A stretch of 62,886 nt of DNA, the filler included, from Pirum gemmata (lineage: Eukaryota): the NCBI GenBank assembly GCA_002812295.1. It is 16 parts of 16 records of this genome, joined end to end, with 100 filler letters (N's around TTAATTAATTAA, not from the genome) between each part and the next. Parts side by side here need not be neighbours in the genome. Positions count along the whole stretch, not along the records: positions 38,494 to 42,903 come from PDIN01002003.1; positions 43,004 to 46,739 come from PDIN01002004.1; positions 46,840 to 50,605 come from PDIN01002005.1; positions 50,706 to 54,183 come from PDIN01002006.1; 12 more parts are not named here. The stretch is one strand, 5' to 3'. Numbering within the stretch: position 1 is the first letter of the stretch; every line of letters begins with the position of its first letter. The notes beneath the pieces are model-generated. The model was not told where the DNA came from and did not search any database. It worked only from the letters and a program-made list of their open reading frames with translations. The position numbers and the translations under genes are program-made. Below, in pieces: positions 39,990 to 51,082 of this stretch.

Positions 39990-40923
39990 GATAGTCATAA
40001 TATAGGTGATTTTAATATAACATAACCAAGACTACTAATTGCATAGATAATTTAAAATCAACACAAGGTAAGAATAAAGTCAACCCAGTTGCATCATTAG
40101 TTCCATATTATGGTGTATTATCATGGTACCGGTTATATGGATGAAACTTATGAAAAACAAGTTAAGAGTTTAACAAAAGAAGAAAAAGAAGCATTTAAGT
40201 AAAATAAATATTCTTATCTGTTACAATACCATAAATATAAAAGTTTTTTATTATCACAAGGTTTGGTGGATGAAAATGGCTATACTTATACATTGGATGA
40301 CCCACAACTTAGGGGTAAAGACTGAAAAGAAGTTGTGGTATGATTTAGATGAATTAAAAATATTATTTGAAAGAGGAGATTCCAAAATAAAAGGTTTAGA
40401 TGAATTATTAATTGCAATGATATTATACCTATCTGTTTTAAGACACAATATGAGAAATATTAAGATTGTAAAAGCTGGTGAAGTTGACAAGTATCCAAAT
40501 AATAATGTTATGGTTGTTACTACTGGTGTCCCTAGAAAAATAATAATTAATGATGTGGAAAAAACTGGTAAGAAATTAAATTTTAAAAATACAATTTTTA
40601 TGACCTGTCAGAGTATGAAGAGGTAGTACCATGTATTAAAAATTAAATATAAAAGTCAATAAAAGAAAAATAGGGGATAATTATTTCCAAAGCTTTTCTA
40701 AATGAACTAATGAGTTTTAATAAATATGGGGATGCTGTTAATTAAAAAAGCTTTTAAATGATTAACCAATGTTGATATACCTATTGAATTGCTTCGTATG
40801 GTTTATATTACAGACAATTATGATTATCACAGACCAATAGATGAAGCTATACATGATGTACAACAGCAAGGACATAGTATGGATGTGGAACTCAAAGCCT
40901 ATTATTAGGAAATAAAAAAATAA
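39990..40923 (+). pseudogene. Disrupted tyrosine recombinase/integrase of the Polinton-like virus/virophage type
   Basis: The track ORF gives TEKKLWYDLDELK..LLIAMILYLSVLRHNMRNIKIVK..NNVMVV..KIIINDVEKTGKK (first catalytic R, catalytic K). Manual translation from 40741 gives IKKAFK*LTNVDIPIELLRMVYIT...QQQGHSMDVELKAYY* (LLR 40789-40797, GHS 40870-40878, YY 40900-40905). Stops and frameshifts lie between. 5' boundary approximate. Confidence 0.82.
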
Positions 40924-41089
40924 TTAAAAATGAAATACCGTATCATATGATTTAAAAAGATAAATATCATACGATAAACGGAGATAAATAAAGAAGAAAT
41001 AAAACAATTAAGTATAGAAATTCAGTGAAAGGTAAAATATCTGAAAAAGATAGTAAATGGATAACAACATAATTATTAAAATTTTATAT

Positions 41090-41560
41090 ATTATGAAAAA
41101 TAGAGAAAAAAGACAACAATATAGACAAGATAATAAAGAACAAAATTAATACAACAATATGGATAACAATGTAGACAAGATAATAAAGAGCAAATGCAAC
41201 AATATCAACAACAATACAGAAATACTTAGGGGGTTATTTTTTAAATAAAACTGGAGATCATAAAACACAAGATTTAAAATATAATAGATATGACCCAGTT
41301 AATCATATGACAGTTAATTATCTTTTGGAATTATACCAAAAATACAAGCTAAATCATTTTAAATAGGATGTAATTACATGAATTTTTTTATTGATTAAGT
41401 TGATGAACCTTTGTAATCCAGAAGAGACTTTACTAAAAATAACAATAGAAAGAAAAGATAATGATGTAGGCCATTTTTGTTTCAATGTTGAGTTTTGTTG
41501 TAGTAGTTGCAACAGTAGAAGAAATAGAAAAACAATGGGAGATTGGATTAGAAAATTATT
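41090..41560 (+). pseudogene. Disrupted HNH/EndoVII-like (CxxC...CxxC) endonuclease
   Basis: QYRQDNKEQ-type repeats, then LNKTGDHKTQDLKYNRYDPVNHMTVNYLLELYQK, a frameshifted GCNY remnant, and ITIERKDNDVGHFCFNVEFCCSSCNSRR. The last matches the TLDRIDN..GH...NV..SC..CN..R pattern of viral and Polinton-associated HNH proteins. Confidence 0.8.
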
Positions 41561-41639
41561 ATTATTATTATTATTATTATTTTTTTTTTTTTTTTTTTTT
41601 TTGACAATTAATTAGTAACTCGATAGTAACTCGATGCAT

Positions 41640-42090
41640 ATGCATAATATCAGGAACATTACATTGGACAAAAAACCGGAAACCTTTATAATAGACCTAA
41701 AAACTGAAAATCAAAGTAAGGTTCTTTCTCGATATGATACTAAAAAAAAAAAAAAAAAAAAAAAATAATAATAAAAAAAATGGAAATTTTTTTTAGAGCT
41801 ACAAAATGTGCCTGACAGTCTTTACAAATTATACCTTCAAGGGAGCCCTGTTGCACCACTAGGAAGAAGAGATTTTAGCAGGGTTATGAAAAGAATCATT
41901 ACTTACAAAAAATCTTTTGATAAGTATTTCTGGGTAATTGATATGGGTCTATATATCCCCCCCCATAAACCAGTAAAAGTAAAAAGTAATATTCGTATGA
42001 ACACTCTAACTGGTTACTGGTGAGGTTTTATATGATGATACACCTTCTGGTGTATATTTTATTGATGATACTGCTATTGGTACTATATAA
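41640..42090 (+). pseudogene. Disrupted ORF of unknown function in the viral-like cassette
   Basis: Coding-like pieces HNIRNITLDKKPETFIIDLKTENQSKVLSRYD, ELQNVPDSLYKLYLQGSPVAPLGRRDF... and EVLYDDTPSGVYFIDDTAIGTI*, separated by a poly-A expansion and a frameshift. Confidence 0.5.
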
Positions 42091-42139
42091 TAGGTTAATT
42101 TATTATTTTTATAAAAAAAATAATAAAATAGATTTTTAA

Positions 42140-42325
42140 TTAATTAAAAAGAAAAGAAATGTTATAATCATCTGTTATAATAAATGGTTGATAATAAAAT
42201 GACAAAACAATTTGTGGAGTATCATGATTTAGTTCGTGTAAGATGGGCCTATTCCTTGGACGATACAAAATATTTATTGTAATTTGAGAAATTTTTTGTT
42301 TTTTTTTAATAAGGGTATAGAGCAA
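42140..42325 (-). pseudogene. C-terminal remnant of a convergent gene, beta-rich, unassigned
   Basis: KISQITINILYRPRNRPILHELNHDTPQIVLSFYYQPF ends in TAA about 50 bp from the end of the previous ORF. No ATG start. A weak resemblance to minor-capsid C-termini is speculative. Confidence 0.35.
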
Positions 42326-43042
42326 GGGACCTTGACACTGTTAATTGCCATCCTAGCCATGTCCTAGCATACTTTCTAATTTATGTAAAAGCCGACCGAC
42401 CCAAACCGACCGTCCAAATATAGTCATATAGTCATAATATAGTCATAATATTTTTTCCAAATATAGTAACAATATATCCAATTATAATAATAATATTTAA
42501 GACTGGAACATTCTTATTGGATCAACTACATAAACCCTAAAAAGTTAATCAAAGACTAAATTAAGTGAAATTTAAGACTTTTACCAATGATAGTATAATA
42601 ATAACCATAAAAATTAGACTGAACATCTTAAAATAGTAATAATGTATCTAATTATAGTAATATGTAATACTCCTGCATTATAACTGGATAAAATGATAAA
42701 AGTACTATAAAAAGTCAAATAGTTATTAATTATGGCAAAAATTAAGACTTTTTACTATATTTAAAAATATAAATAAGACTTTGACACCTGGTTTTCTTAA
42801 TTACGTAAATATATGATATTATAGTGCTTTTCAGTTGTTTTCAATAAATAGTACCAAATAAATACAATATAAATCCATTTGATATATTTTGGTATATTTT
42901 ATTNNNNNNNNNNNNNNNNNNNNNNNNNNNNNNNNNNNNNNNNNNNNTTAATTAATTAANNNNNNNNNNNNNNNNNNNNNNNNNNNNNNNNNNNNNNNNN
43001 NNNTTTACAACAGCAACAACAACAACAACAACAACAACAACA

Positions 43043-43078
<36 letters not shown>

Positions 43079-43095
43079 GTAATAATAATTGAACC

Positions 43096-44295
43096 ATGAC
43101 GTTTTTCCCAGATCGCTCAGAAAATTTTACTTTTGTTTTCCCCGAAGAACCAGCTCCGGCATCGTTTGTTCAAACTTATATAGGAGTTTTTTATTATTTA
43201 TTATGCTCTGCTATTATTTATGTCGTTGCTATCGTTGGATTAAGTTATGTTTTGATAAAAGCCAAAGGTCAGGAAAACAAAGGACTTGGTTTGTTGGTAA
43301 TCTTAATGGTCAATTTCTTATGTGGCTTTTTAAATGCGCTTCTAAATTTATTTCGATTTAAATTTATTACTGATCCTGTAATATGTTCTTGGATTTCTTA
43401 TTGTGGACCAATTTATTGTTTGCAATGTTTGACTTGTTACTACATCTTCTTACAACGAGCTCAATCAGTTATAATTGACGAATTGAATAAATATTATACC
43501 GCCTTACTAAGAATCGCAAAACTTATAGTTGTACTTATGATACCAGTTTGTATTTTCACTTTTTTCCAAATGCAAGGAATCTTGTTTTTCAAAGAAAAGC
43601 TATGTGTAGAAACAGTTAACAATTGGTATGGTATTTTTTTTATGATTTTTAATATTCATGCATGTTTATTCTTTTTATGCATTTTTTACTATCCCATGTA
43701 TGTGCAAAGAAGAAATATCAAGAGAATGGGCTCAAACTGTAATCATAATGACCAAAAGATCAATCGTATGATAAAAGTAAATTTATTTGTTTCTCTATTT
43801 GCGGTGATGACTACAACTGCTGATTTCACTTTACAGGTGGCTACTGGTCTTGTTACAAAAGATTATAGAAGTAATACCAGTGCACCTGCTCTTTCTTCTG
43901 TTTTTTACTATGCTGGCCAAAGTGATATGATGATTAATTCAATTTGCTGCACAGTTATTCTTTACAAATTAATACTACGAGTATTCAAAAAAACGGATGT
44001 GTACAGTAATTTTCAGAGCAAGAGGACTCTTCGAAATACTATTAGGAAGAACAATAACACCAATTTGTCCAAACCAGTGTTAGTTTTAACTCGCAATGCT
44101 GCTTTGAGCTCCGAGTGCACAGAATCTGATAGAGAAAGCATTAATAACACTCTCAAATTTACAACCAGTGATCACAATATTAAAAGTTTGGAAATTGACT
44201 ATACTTGTACAACAAACACCAGTACTTCAGAATTGGGACTTAGCTCTACAGCTTCCACTGTACTTACAGAGGAAGGGAGTTTAGAAGAAAATTAA
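43096..44295 (+). CDS. Intronless seven-transmembrane GPCR-like protein, 399 aa
   Basis: About seven hydrophobic segments; Cys before TM3 (VICSW) and in the second extracellular loop (KLCVE); FLQR at the TM3 end; basic third loop; S/T-rich C-tail. Class not assignable by eye. Confidence 0.88.
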   Translation: MTFFPDRSENFTFVFPEEPAPASFVQTYIGVFYYLLCSAIIYVVAIVGLSYVLIKAKGQENKGLGLLVILMVNFLCGFLNALLNLFRFKFITDPVICSWISYCGPIYCLQCLTCYYIFLQRAQSVIIDELNKYYTALLRIAKLIVVLMIPVCIFTFFQMQGILFFKEKLCVETVNNWYGIFFMIFNIHACLFFLCIFYYPMYVQRRNIKRMGSNCNHNDQKINRMIKVNLFVSLFAVMTTTADFTLQVATGLVTKDYRSNTSAPALSSVFYYAGQSDMMINSICCTVILYKLILRVFKKTDVYSNFQSKRTLRNTIRKNNNTNLSKPVLVLTRNAALSSECTESDRESINNTLKFTTSDHNIKSLEIDYTCTTNTSTSELGLSSTASTVLTEEGSLEEN

Positions 44296-44558
44296 TAAAT
44301 TTCAACTTATTTTATTCTTCTATATATATAATCATGATTATTATTATTATGTATGGAAAAAATCTAGCTAGCCAGGCTTGAGAGTTGAGGCATTGTGTAT
44401 CATAGTAGTCTAGCTAGAGTACTGTATTCGTTGGTCTAGGGCTAGCTGGTCTAGAGCTAGCGTTAGCTATTCATAGCTATCGATAGCTAGCTAGCTTCAA
44501 TAGAGCTACTATATGGTATAATTTACCTCGTAAGTTTTTTTTTGTACACGTCATTTAA

Positions 44559-44714
44559 AATGACGTAAAAATGACGTAGAATTATATGGCGAAGAATTAA
44601 AATACGTAAAAGGACTTTGAAGTTTGAAGTCCTTGATCCGACAATAAAAGTTAGCAGAACTGTTGTTTTATTTTCAAAAGACTTTGAAATTTCTTACGTC
44701 ATTTATACGTCATT
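44559..44714. mobile_element. Foldback/MITE-like segment with TGACGT-rich inverted ends
   Basis: AATGACGTAAAAATGACGTAGAATT vs reverse-complement AATGACGTATAAATGACGTAAGAAATT. A second inverted pair (CATTCAT.AATGACGTCA) bounds ~44994-45138. Confidence 0.55.
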
Positions 44715-46134
44715 ATTGACGTCATATTTTAATGTAAACGTCATTGTTTGAGGCAGTTGTTTGAGGCAGGTTCTCGAGGGCAGGCAGGTTCTTGCTTGTT
44801 GCAGGGTTCTTGCTGCTATTACTAGCTAGTAGAGAGTAGCTTAGTGATTGAAATTTTGTGAAAAATCAGTCCAATCGAGGGCCGAAGTGCATCAGCGCAG
44901 AGTTGCTGGCTGAGAGCTTGGCTGACTCCTTTTTTTTTGGAAATATTAGGTGCCTATTTTAGTTTTCAAGTTTTCCTGAAGCGACAAAATGAACATTCAT
45001 CAATGACGTCATTTTAAACTTTCTTTTCTAGATAAAGACTTTAGATTTCAACATGAAATTAACAGTAGTGTGAAAGCTTTTATCTGTTAGGGATAAGGTT
45101 GGGCCTGTGTTGTTTATGGTGACGTCATTAATGAATGCTCCCTATTAAAAATAAGAAAATATCTAGAAGAAAATATCATAATATTATAAAAAAAAAGTTG
45201 ATGAAAGGTAGGTTTTCCTCCATTATCTTTTTTAAAAAATAGCGCTTTTGCCCTCGCTCTTGCCCGATCCTATAATAGTGATATTGATAAATAAATAAAT
45301 TATACAAAGAGTAACATAGTATCATAGACAAGATGATTAGATCAACTGGATTAGATAGACTAGCAAATCGATATCGTAACCATTTGTAAATTATTTTTAA
45401 AGTTACAGAACCCTGATCAATCGTACAAAACATTATAACTGGAGTTATCAGAGTTATTAGTTGGACTATTGGAGAAGAATAATTAATAATAAACAAAAGG
45501 GTCGATAAATTTCTGTACTTCATCAGCTGCTATTGGGTTAGAACTTAGAACTGGGTTAGCCTGTTAGGGGCATGAGTGACTCCCAGTGAGAACCACCAGC
45601 AGCACAGCACATGGGGTGGGTTGTTCAAGTGTTGTTCAGCAGGTTCAGCTGGGTAGATAGTCTTTTATGATACCAGTTGAACTCTAGCTAGCTAGCTAGC
45701 TAGTTTGCCAGTAGCTATCATAGCCAGCTAGCTAGCTAGATATGACACACCCACCAACTCATAAAAAAAAAAAAAAGTTTCAGACGCCTCACGTTTCTCA
45801 TTTTGGATTTTGGAGCTCGATAATTTCGATCTACAAGAAACTTACTAAAAAAAAGGGGGAAAAAAAGAAAAGTTCGAGCCAAAAACAATGCTCATCCAAC
45901 GGTTTTACACACTATTTTTTTTTAGGGCATGATTTAAAAAAAAAACGCAAACTTTGACTTTGGATAATATTATTATACCTACCTACTAGTGTATTATACA
46001 GTGCTTCTTTTACTTATTATATCATAAATCGATAGTTGTTATTTACTTGTCTCACAATTGATATATTAGTTTTTTTTTTTAATTGTTTTTGTTTTGTTTG
46101 GTAGAGAGGTGTTTTTAATTTTTGGCAATATATC

Positions 46135-46677
46135 ATGTTTAGGCAGTTTGTTAAAGGAACCAATGTTCGCAATCTTCAACTGTACAAGGTAAAAAAAAAA
46201 AGGTTTTTTGGGTTTAGTTTTTTAATGAAGCATATGTGTAATAATAACGCATTAATAAACAAAAAGTATCTATATATTGTTGTTGTTATTATTTGTAATG
46301 TATTTGCATTATTAATCACCACTGCACAACCTCAACCCTAAAACTAATGCTAACCCCAAACCCAACCCAAACCTATTCGACATTGTTGCTTTAAAGGTTG
46401 TAAGAACGTACACCCAAGCCATCGAAAATCCAGCTTTAGAAAGTACACATAAAACCAAAGATATATCTGTCGTAAAAAATATGCTTACAATAAACTGGCA
46501 AGACAACCACACTAGTGCATACAACGCTCGCTGGTTAAGAAACTATTGTAAATGTCCTAGTTGTGTCCATCCTGATTCTGGTCAGAAGTTAATATCTCCT
46601 GGCAGCATAAAATATTGCACTATTAATAGCCAGGTTATCAACGAAGAAAACGAATTACAAATTAGCTTTAATGAAAA
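46135..46677 (+). CDS. Gamma-butyrobetaine/trimethyllysine dioxygenase-like (BBOX1/TMLHE family), first two exons 46135-46188 and 46397-46677; 3' part beyond the contig end
   Basis: Spliced frame MFRQFVKGTNVRNLQLYK|VVRTYTQ... gives an Arg/Lys-rich, acid-free mitochondrial-like presequence. It continues LTINWQDNHTSAYNARWLRNYCKCPSCVHPDSGQKL, the W.DGH.S.Y...WLRD.C.C..C zinc-binding N-domain. GT donors at 46189 and 46678. Confidence 0.85.
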
Positions 46678-46707
46678 GTACTATTGTTTGCTTTTTATTT
46701 GTTCCCA

Positions 46708-46739
<32 letters not shown>

Positions 46740-47499
46740 NNNNNNNNNNNNNNNNNNNNNNNNNNNNNNNNNNNNNNNNNNNNTTAATTAATTAANNNNN
46801 NNNNNNNNNNNNNNNNNNNNNNNNNNNNNNNNNNNNNNNATAATTTTTTTTTAATAATTTTTTTTTTTTTTTCTTTAGTCTAGTTAGAAAAGTGTTAGAA
46901 ATTAGAATAAAGTAACAAAAAGTAACAAAAATCAGTTACTTTGCTTAATATGGTTCTTGAAGCATTCTTTTTGGTTGGCCAAGTCAGGCCTGAACCAAGT
47001 CTCGGAGAGAGCAAAGTGATACAAATTATTGTTTTTTTAAAAAAAATTCCATGCAAAATTGGAAAAGCTAACAAATTTAAAAATGTCGCACCCATGAAGA
47101 TTTATATTATTACTTTACGTACCTTTTTTGTAAAATATTACTATTTTAATTGTACATATTTGGCAAATAGCTCTATTTTTAGGTAAGAACGAACCAATAT
47201 AGTTTGGATGAGCTGAGATTATCCTCCTAGAGCTATCATTATAAAAAAATTATTTAATTATCATAATATTATCATATTATTATGATAATAATAATTATTA
47301 TAATATTATGATACTATTATTATCATCACTTTTCTGTTGTATGATAGATCATATACGACTATCATACAATTTTTAAATACATAAAAAATTACAGTAAAAA
47401 TTTAATTTTATATAATCATATGATAGTAAAATTTAATAAATTTACCTATTTATTATAATAATATCATAATAAATAAAATGACACTAAATAGTACTAAAT

Positions 47500-47905
47500 A
47501 CTACTAAATGGCGAAAGTATGGCTAATCAGTTATAAATAAAATTTAATAATAGCGACCACAACGCCATAATATTAGGACAAAGGTTAAAAACCAATATGT
47601 CTACAACTAAAGAACAATACAGTTGCTAATCAATATTAATAATCATTTTAATGTAATCATAGACTAGCTATAGTCTATGATGGAATCATTATTATGAGAA
47701 GTATATAATATTATATTTATATTATAACAAGTTAAAACCGAACGACGATCAAACCATTATTTTAATTATAATAAGTACTTATCTGATAAAAACAAAAGTC
47801 CTATGAAATAAGCTTAAGTCAACGAACTACAACTATATACATAATTATCATGAAACTATATTATGATATATAAAGACACTTTTTACGACAAATGTGACAA
47901 ATTGT
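47500..47905 (+). pseudogene. Possible LINE APE-endonuclease/linker remnant
   Basis: NSDHNAIIL (SDH at 47552-47560) is the C-terminal APE motif, followed by A-rich broken coding-like sequence. Confidence 0.4.
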
Positions 47906-48789
47906 GCGAATACTGGCACTTTTATAAAATTTAATATAATAACTATGATAATATTATTAATTAAAATATTATTGTACACCATTTTTTGATATAACACTAG
48001 CTAGCTTGACTACGCCATCAATAGAGTAGAGGTCTAAGCTCTAGCAGCTAGCTAGCTAGACTCTACAGGCTACAGTACCCAACTCACGGTCTAGCTAGTC
48101 TACTAGCTCTAGAGTAGTAGACTCTACAGCAAGAGTTACAGCAAGTCTTAGTAGACCTATCGTGCTTTTCATTTATTTTGTCACTCCGAATATTTATTTG
48201 GTTGTTTATAATATTTAAACTTATACTTTTAAATAAATAAATAAATAATAAAATGTACCAAATTAAATAAAATGGATTTATATTGTATCAATTTGGTACT
48301 ATTTATTGTATATTTTATGATGACAAAATAACAGTTACTGAAAAGCTTAGTACTACGATAGCGGCCTCTGCAGCTAGAGTGTAGTATTAAAAATTTAATT
48401 AATTAATTAATTATTTTTTTTTTTTTTTTCACTTTAGAATAATATTATTTTATAATAAACTATAGATAAAATAATATTATAATAATAATAGGATTTTTTT
48501 CACTCGATTTTTTTTTTTCATCCAAGGAATACTAAGGAGTTTAGCTATAGGATTAGGGTTAGTAGTTGGTTGGGTGTTTGAAGTAACTGTTTGTACCTAA
48601 CCTCCCTAAGCCACCCCCGTCCCCCCCAAATTAAAAAAAAATACCCACTTTCGTATTAGTTTGGGTCGTTTTTGAATCACTTTCAAGTATCTCTACAGAA
48701 CTTACCATAAGACTATTATTATTAAAGCTCAAGTTGCTTGTGTTTTTATTTAATTAAATTTGTATTCGCATTTGCGTTAGATTTCTTCA

Positions 48790-50550
48790 TTTTGGTTAGT
48801 CCACTGTTCTTACTGCTTTTACCATAACACATATAGTAATAAACGACTACCAACAACCGGAATAAGAGCAACTACCATGGAGAAACTAAACATGAAAGTA
48901 GTAACACCATACTCCACTTCATGACGTATGCCGGGGATTAATACAAACATGCTTCCTATTATCATAGTCATAAACATGTTTTACATACTGACATCTATAT
49001 GTGTGTCGGTACCTCGCATAAGTTCTTCGGGCCGAATATCTCGACAACCAAAAGTGCTATGACGACTCTCCCACTTGTGAGTTCGAACAAGCGAAATCAG
49101 ACAATGACTCGAAAATTTATATTTACATAATATTATGATCGAAACAAGTACTTGATGTTCGAACACAAAAAACTCGAAAACTCGAATTACTTAAATTTAC
49201 ATATGTTTGAAACAAGTATTTGATGTTCGAGCACAAAAAACTCGAAAATTTCGAATTACTTAAATTTACATATGTTCGAAATAAGGATTTGATGTTCGAA
49301 CGCTCCAAAAATAATTAAATAATGTTTGAACGTTAGCGTTACCAGTTACCCCATTACCGCTTCACAAAACTAGGCATATAACGAACCATAATAGCCAATA
49401 CTGCTCCAACAAATAAAATCCTAAAAATTCCGATAAGTGTGATAAAAACAGACACATGACATACATTTTCATAATATTATGTGGGGTAACTACTATTAAT
49501 TCAAGTTTTGCGAAATAACATATTTTAATTAACTTCATTCAACTAAAGGAGGGTTTATGATTGTCCAAGCGATCAGAATGATGGCGATAAACAATATCAA
49601 AATTAAATAGCCCAAAAAAGAATTATCATTATAATAAATTTCGATCAGTTAAAAAATTGACGACTAGTTACCTTTTCTTGGAGGGTTTAGTCATTTTATT
49701 TTTAAACAAAATTTTCACTCGAGCCGTTTTGATTAGCAAGATAAACCACTCCAAAATAGCCAATATTAAATAACCATGAATTCGTAATACATAATTATAA
49801 TTCATTGGTATAATGCAAACTACTGATGACGTTAGCTGTGAAAAAAAAATATAGCAAAACAACACATCAAGGTCACAAATACATGAGAGCCAGTCTGCAT
49901 AAAACCATTACAACTATGGACAAGATGATGAAACTGCCAGAAACTACCATAATAGACATACGTAGTGCAAAACTTCTTTCCACTTCAAGTCCTTTATCAA
50001 ACTCAGGTATCATAATATTATGCATGTTTTAGATAAATTCTGAATTTTGCATTATAAATTCACATACAGCCTCATCCGCGTCTTTACCTCCTACTTCAAC
50101 TTTTTGCATAACGTTTTGAACTTTATGAACGTTGCCAAAATTGACGTTTTCAAAAAACCGATAAATGAAAGTATATTGGTTTATTTTATCTCCTCTTACG
50201 TACTTAGACCACACTTCACCTACATAGTCACAATTAATTAATCGCATGCATCAAAACAATCATTAGAAACACTTGGTAACTACACCCGATATCGATATAG
50301 TGTTATATCACTTTGTTCCGCTAGAATACCAGTCGGTTGAAAATAACTAATCCGCGTAGTTTTAACATCAAAATAAGGGCTCGTTTTTAAATTATTAATT
50401 AAAACATATGATCTAAAGTCCAATCGGTGTTATCAGGGGATGAAAATTAAAGAACTGCGCATTTTGAGTACTATTCGGATAAGAGTTTGTCGTAATTTCA
50501 GCTATACAGGTAATGCAATCATTGCAATTGTTCACTTGACCATCGATATA
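48790..50550 (-). pseudogene. Class C GPCR pseudogene with OpuAC/ProX-like ectodomain, interrupted by an insertion at ~49000-49350
   Basis: In order through stops and frameshifts: SYFQPTGILA..YRV*LPSVSNDCF..NCDY..YRFFENVNF..GGKDADEAVCEFIMQN (ectodomain); TM1; MQTGSHVFVTLMC; CITNSWLFNIGY..LLIKTARVKILFKN; LTDRNLL; ILIAWTIINPP; GAVLAIMVRYMPS..EA; VSM*NMF; TM7. Confidence 0.85.
49141..49300. repeat. ~68-bp tandem repeat (about 2.3 copies) within the insertion splitting the GPCR pseudogene
   Basis: GAAACAAGTA(C/T)TTGATGTTCGA.CACAAAAAACTCGAAAA..TCGAATTACTTAAATTTACATATGTT repeated; TCGA-rich. Confidence 0.85.
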
Positions 50551-50850
50551 TTCGTAAAAGTTAAAATAATATTAAAAAATGATATTAATATAATATTAAT
50601 AATAANNNNNNNNNNNNNNNNNNNNNNNNNNNNNNNNNNNNNNNNNNNNTTAATTAATTAANNNNNNNNNNNNNNNNNNNNNNNNNNNNNNNNNNNNNNN
50701 NNNNNTTTGTCCCAAATCGGCGTTACGTAATTATTGAACGCTCCCCATGTATCACAGACTCACAGTATCTATATGATTTAGGGTAGAAATAGAAGTCAGA
50801 AATAGGAAGGAGTTCTATTTTATTATTAAAGTCAGAAATAGACTTCAAAG

Positions 50851-51082
50851 AGTAGGGATGAGATATCTACTGGAACTTTTTTCGAACAGATGCTTATCGA
50901 GCCAACCTTAGTTCCGTGTTTCTTACTAATAATAGCAATTAAATAGCTTAAAATAGTAAATCTAATTATAGTAGATACCAATTAAAGTGATAATATTAAC
51001 ATTAATAGTAATAAAAACCATAAATCGGAAAAGTTCCCGCAGCTGTTCGGTGATAATAAAATGACGTCATCTCACCCCTACT
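50851..51082 (+). mobile_element. MITE family D copy with 8-bp TSD CTTCAAAG
   Basis: CTTCAAAG at 50843-50850 and 51083-51090 directly abuts the TIRs. Confidence 0.92.

Noticed and set aside
45176..45523. 115-aa ATG-initiated ORF on the minus strand
   Set aside because: Composition reflects AT-rich background, it lies among repeat-like sequence, and it has no motif or splice support.
49141..49300. Possible CRISPR-like repeat-spacer array (also considered 8925-8996 and 39491-39529)
   Set aside because: Units are head-to-tail tandem repeats without unique spacers, there are no cas genes, and the context is eukaryotic.
48790..50550. Alternative genetic code (TAA/TAG read-through) suggested by in-frame stops in the GPCR and recombinase remnants
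   Set aside because: The same regions also have frameshifts and insertions, and the intact long genes have no internal stops and end in TAA or TGA. Pseudogenisation explains the pattern.
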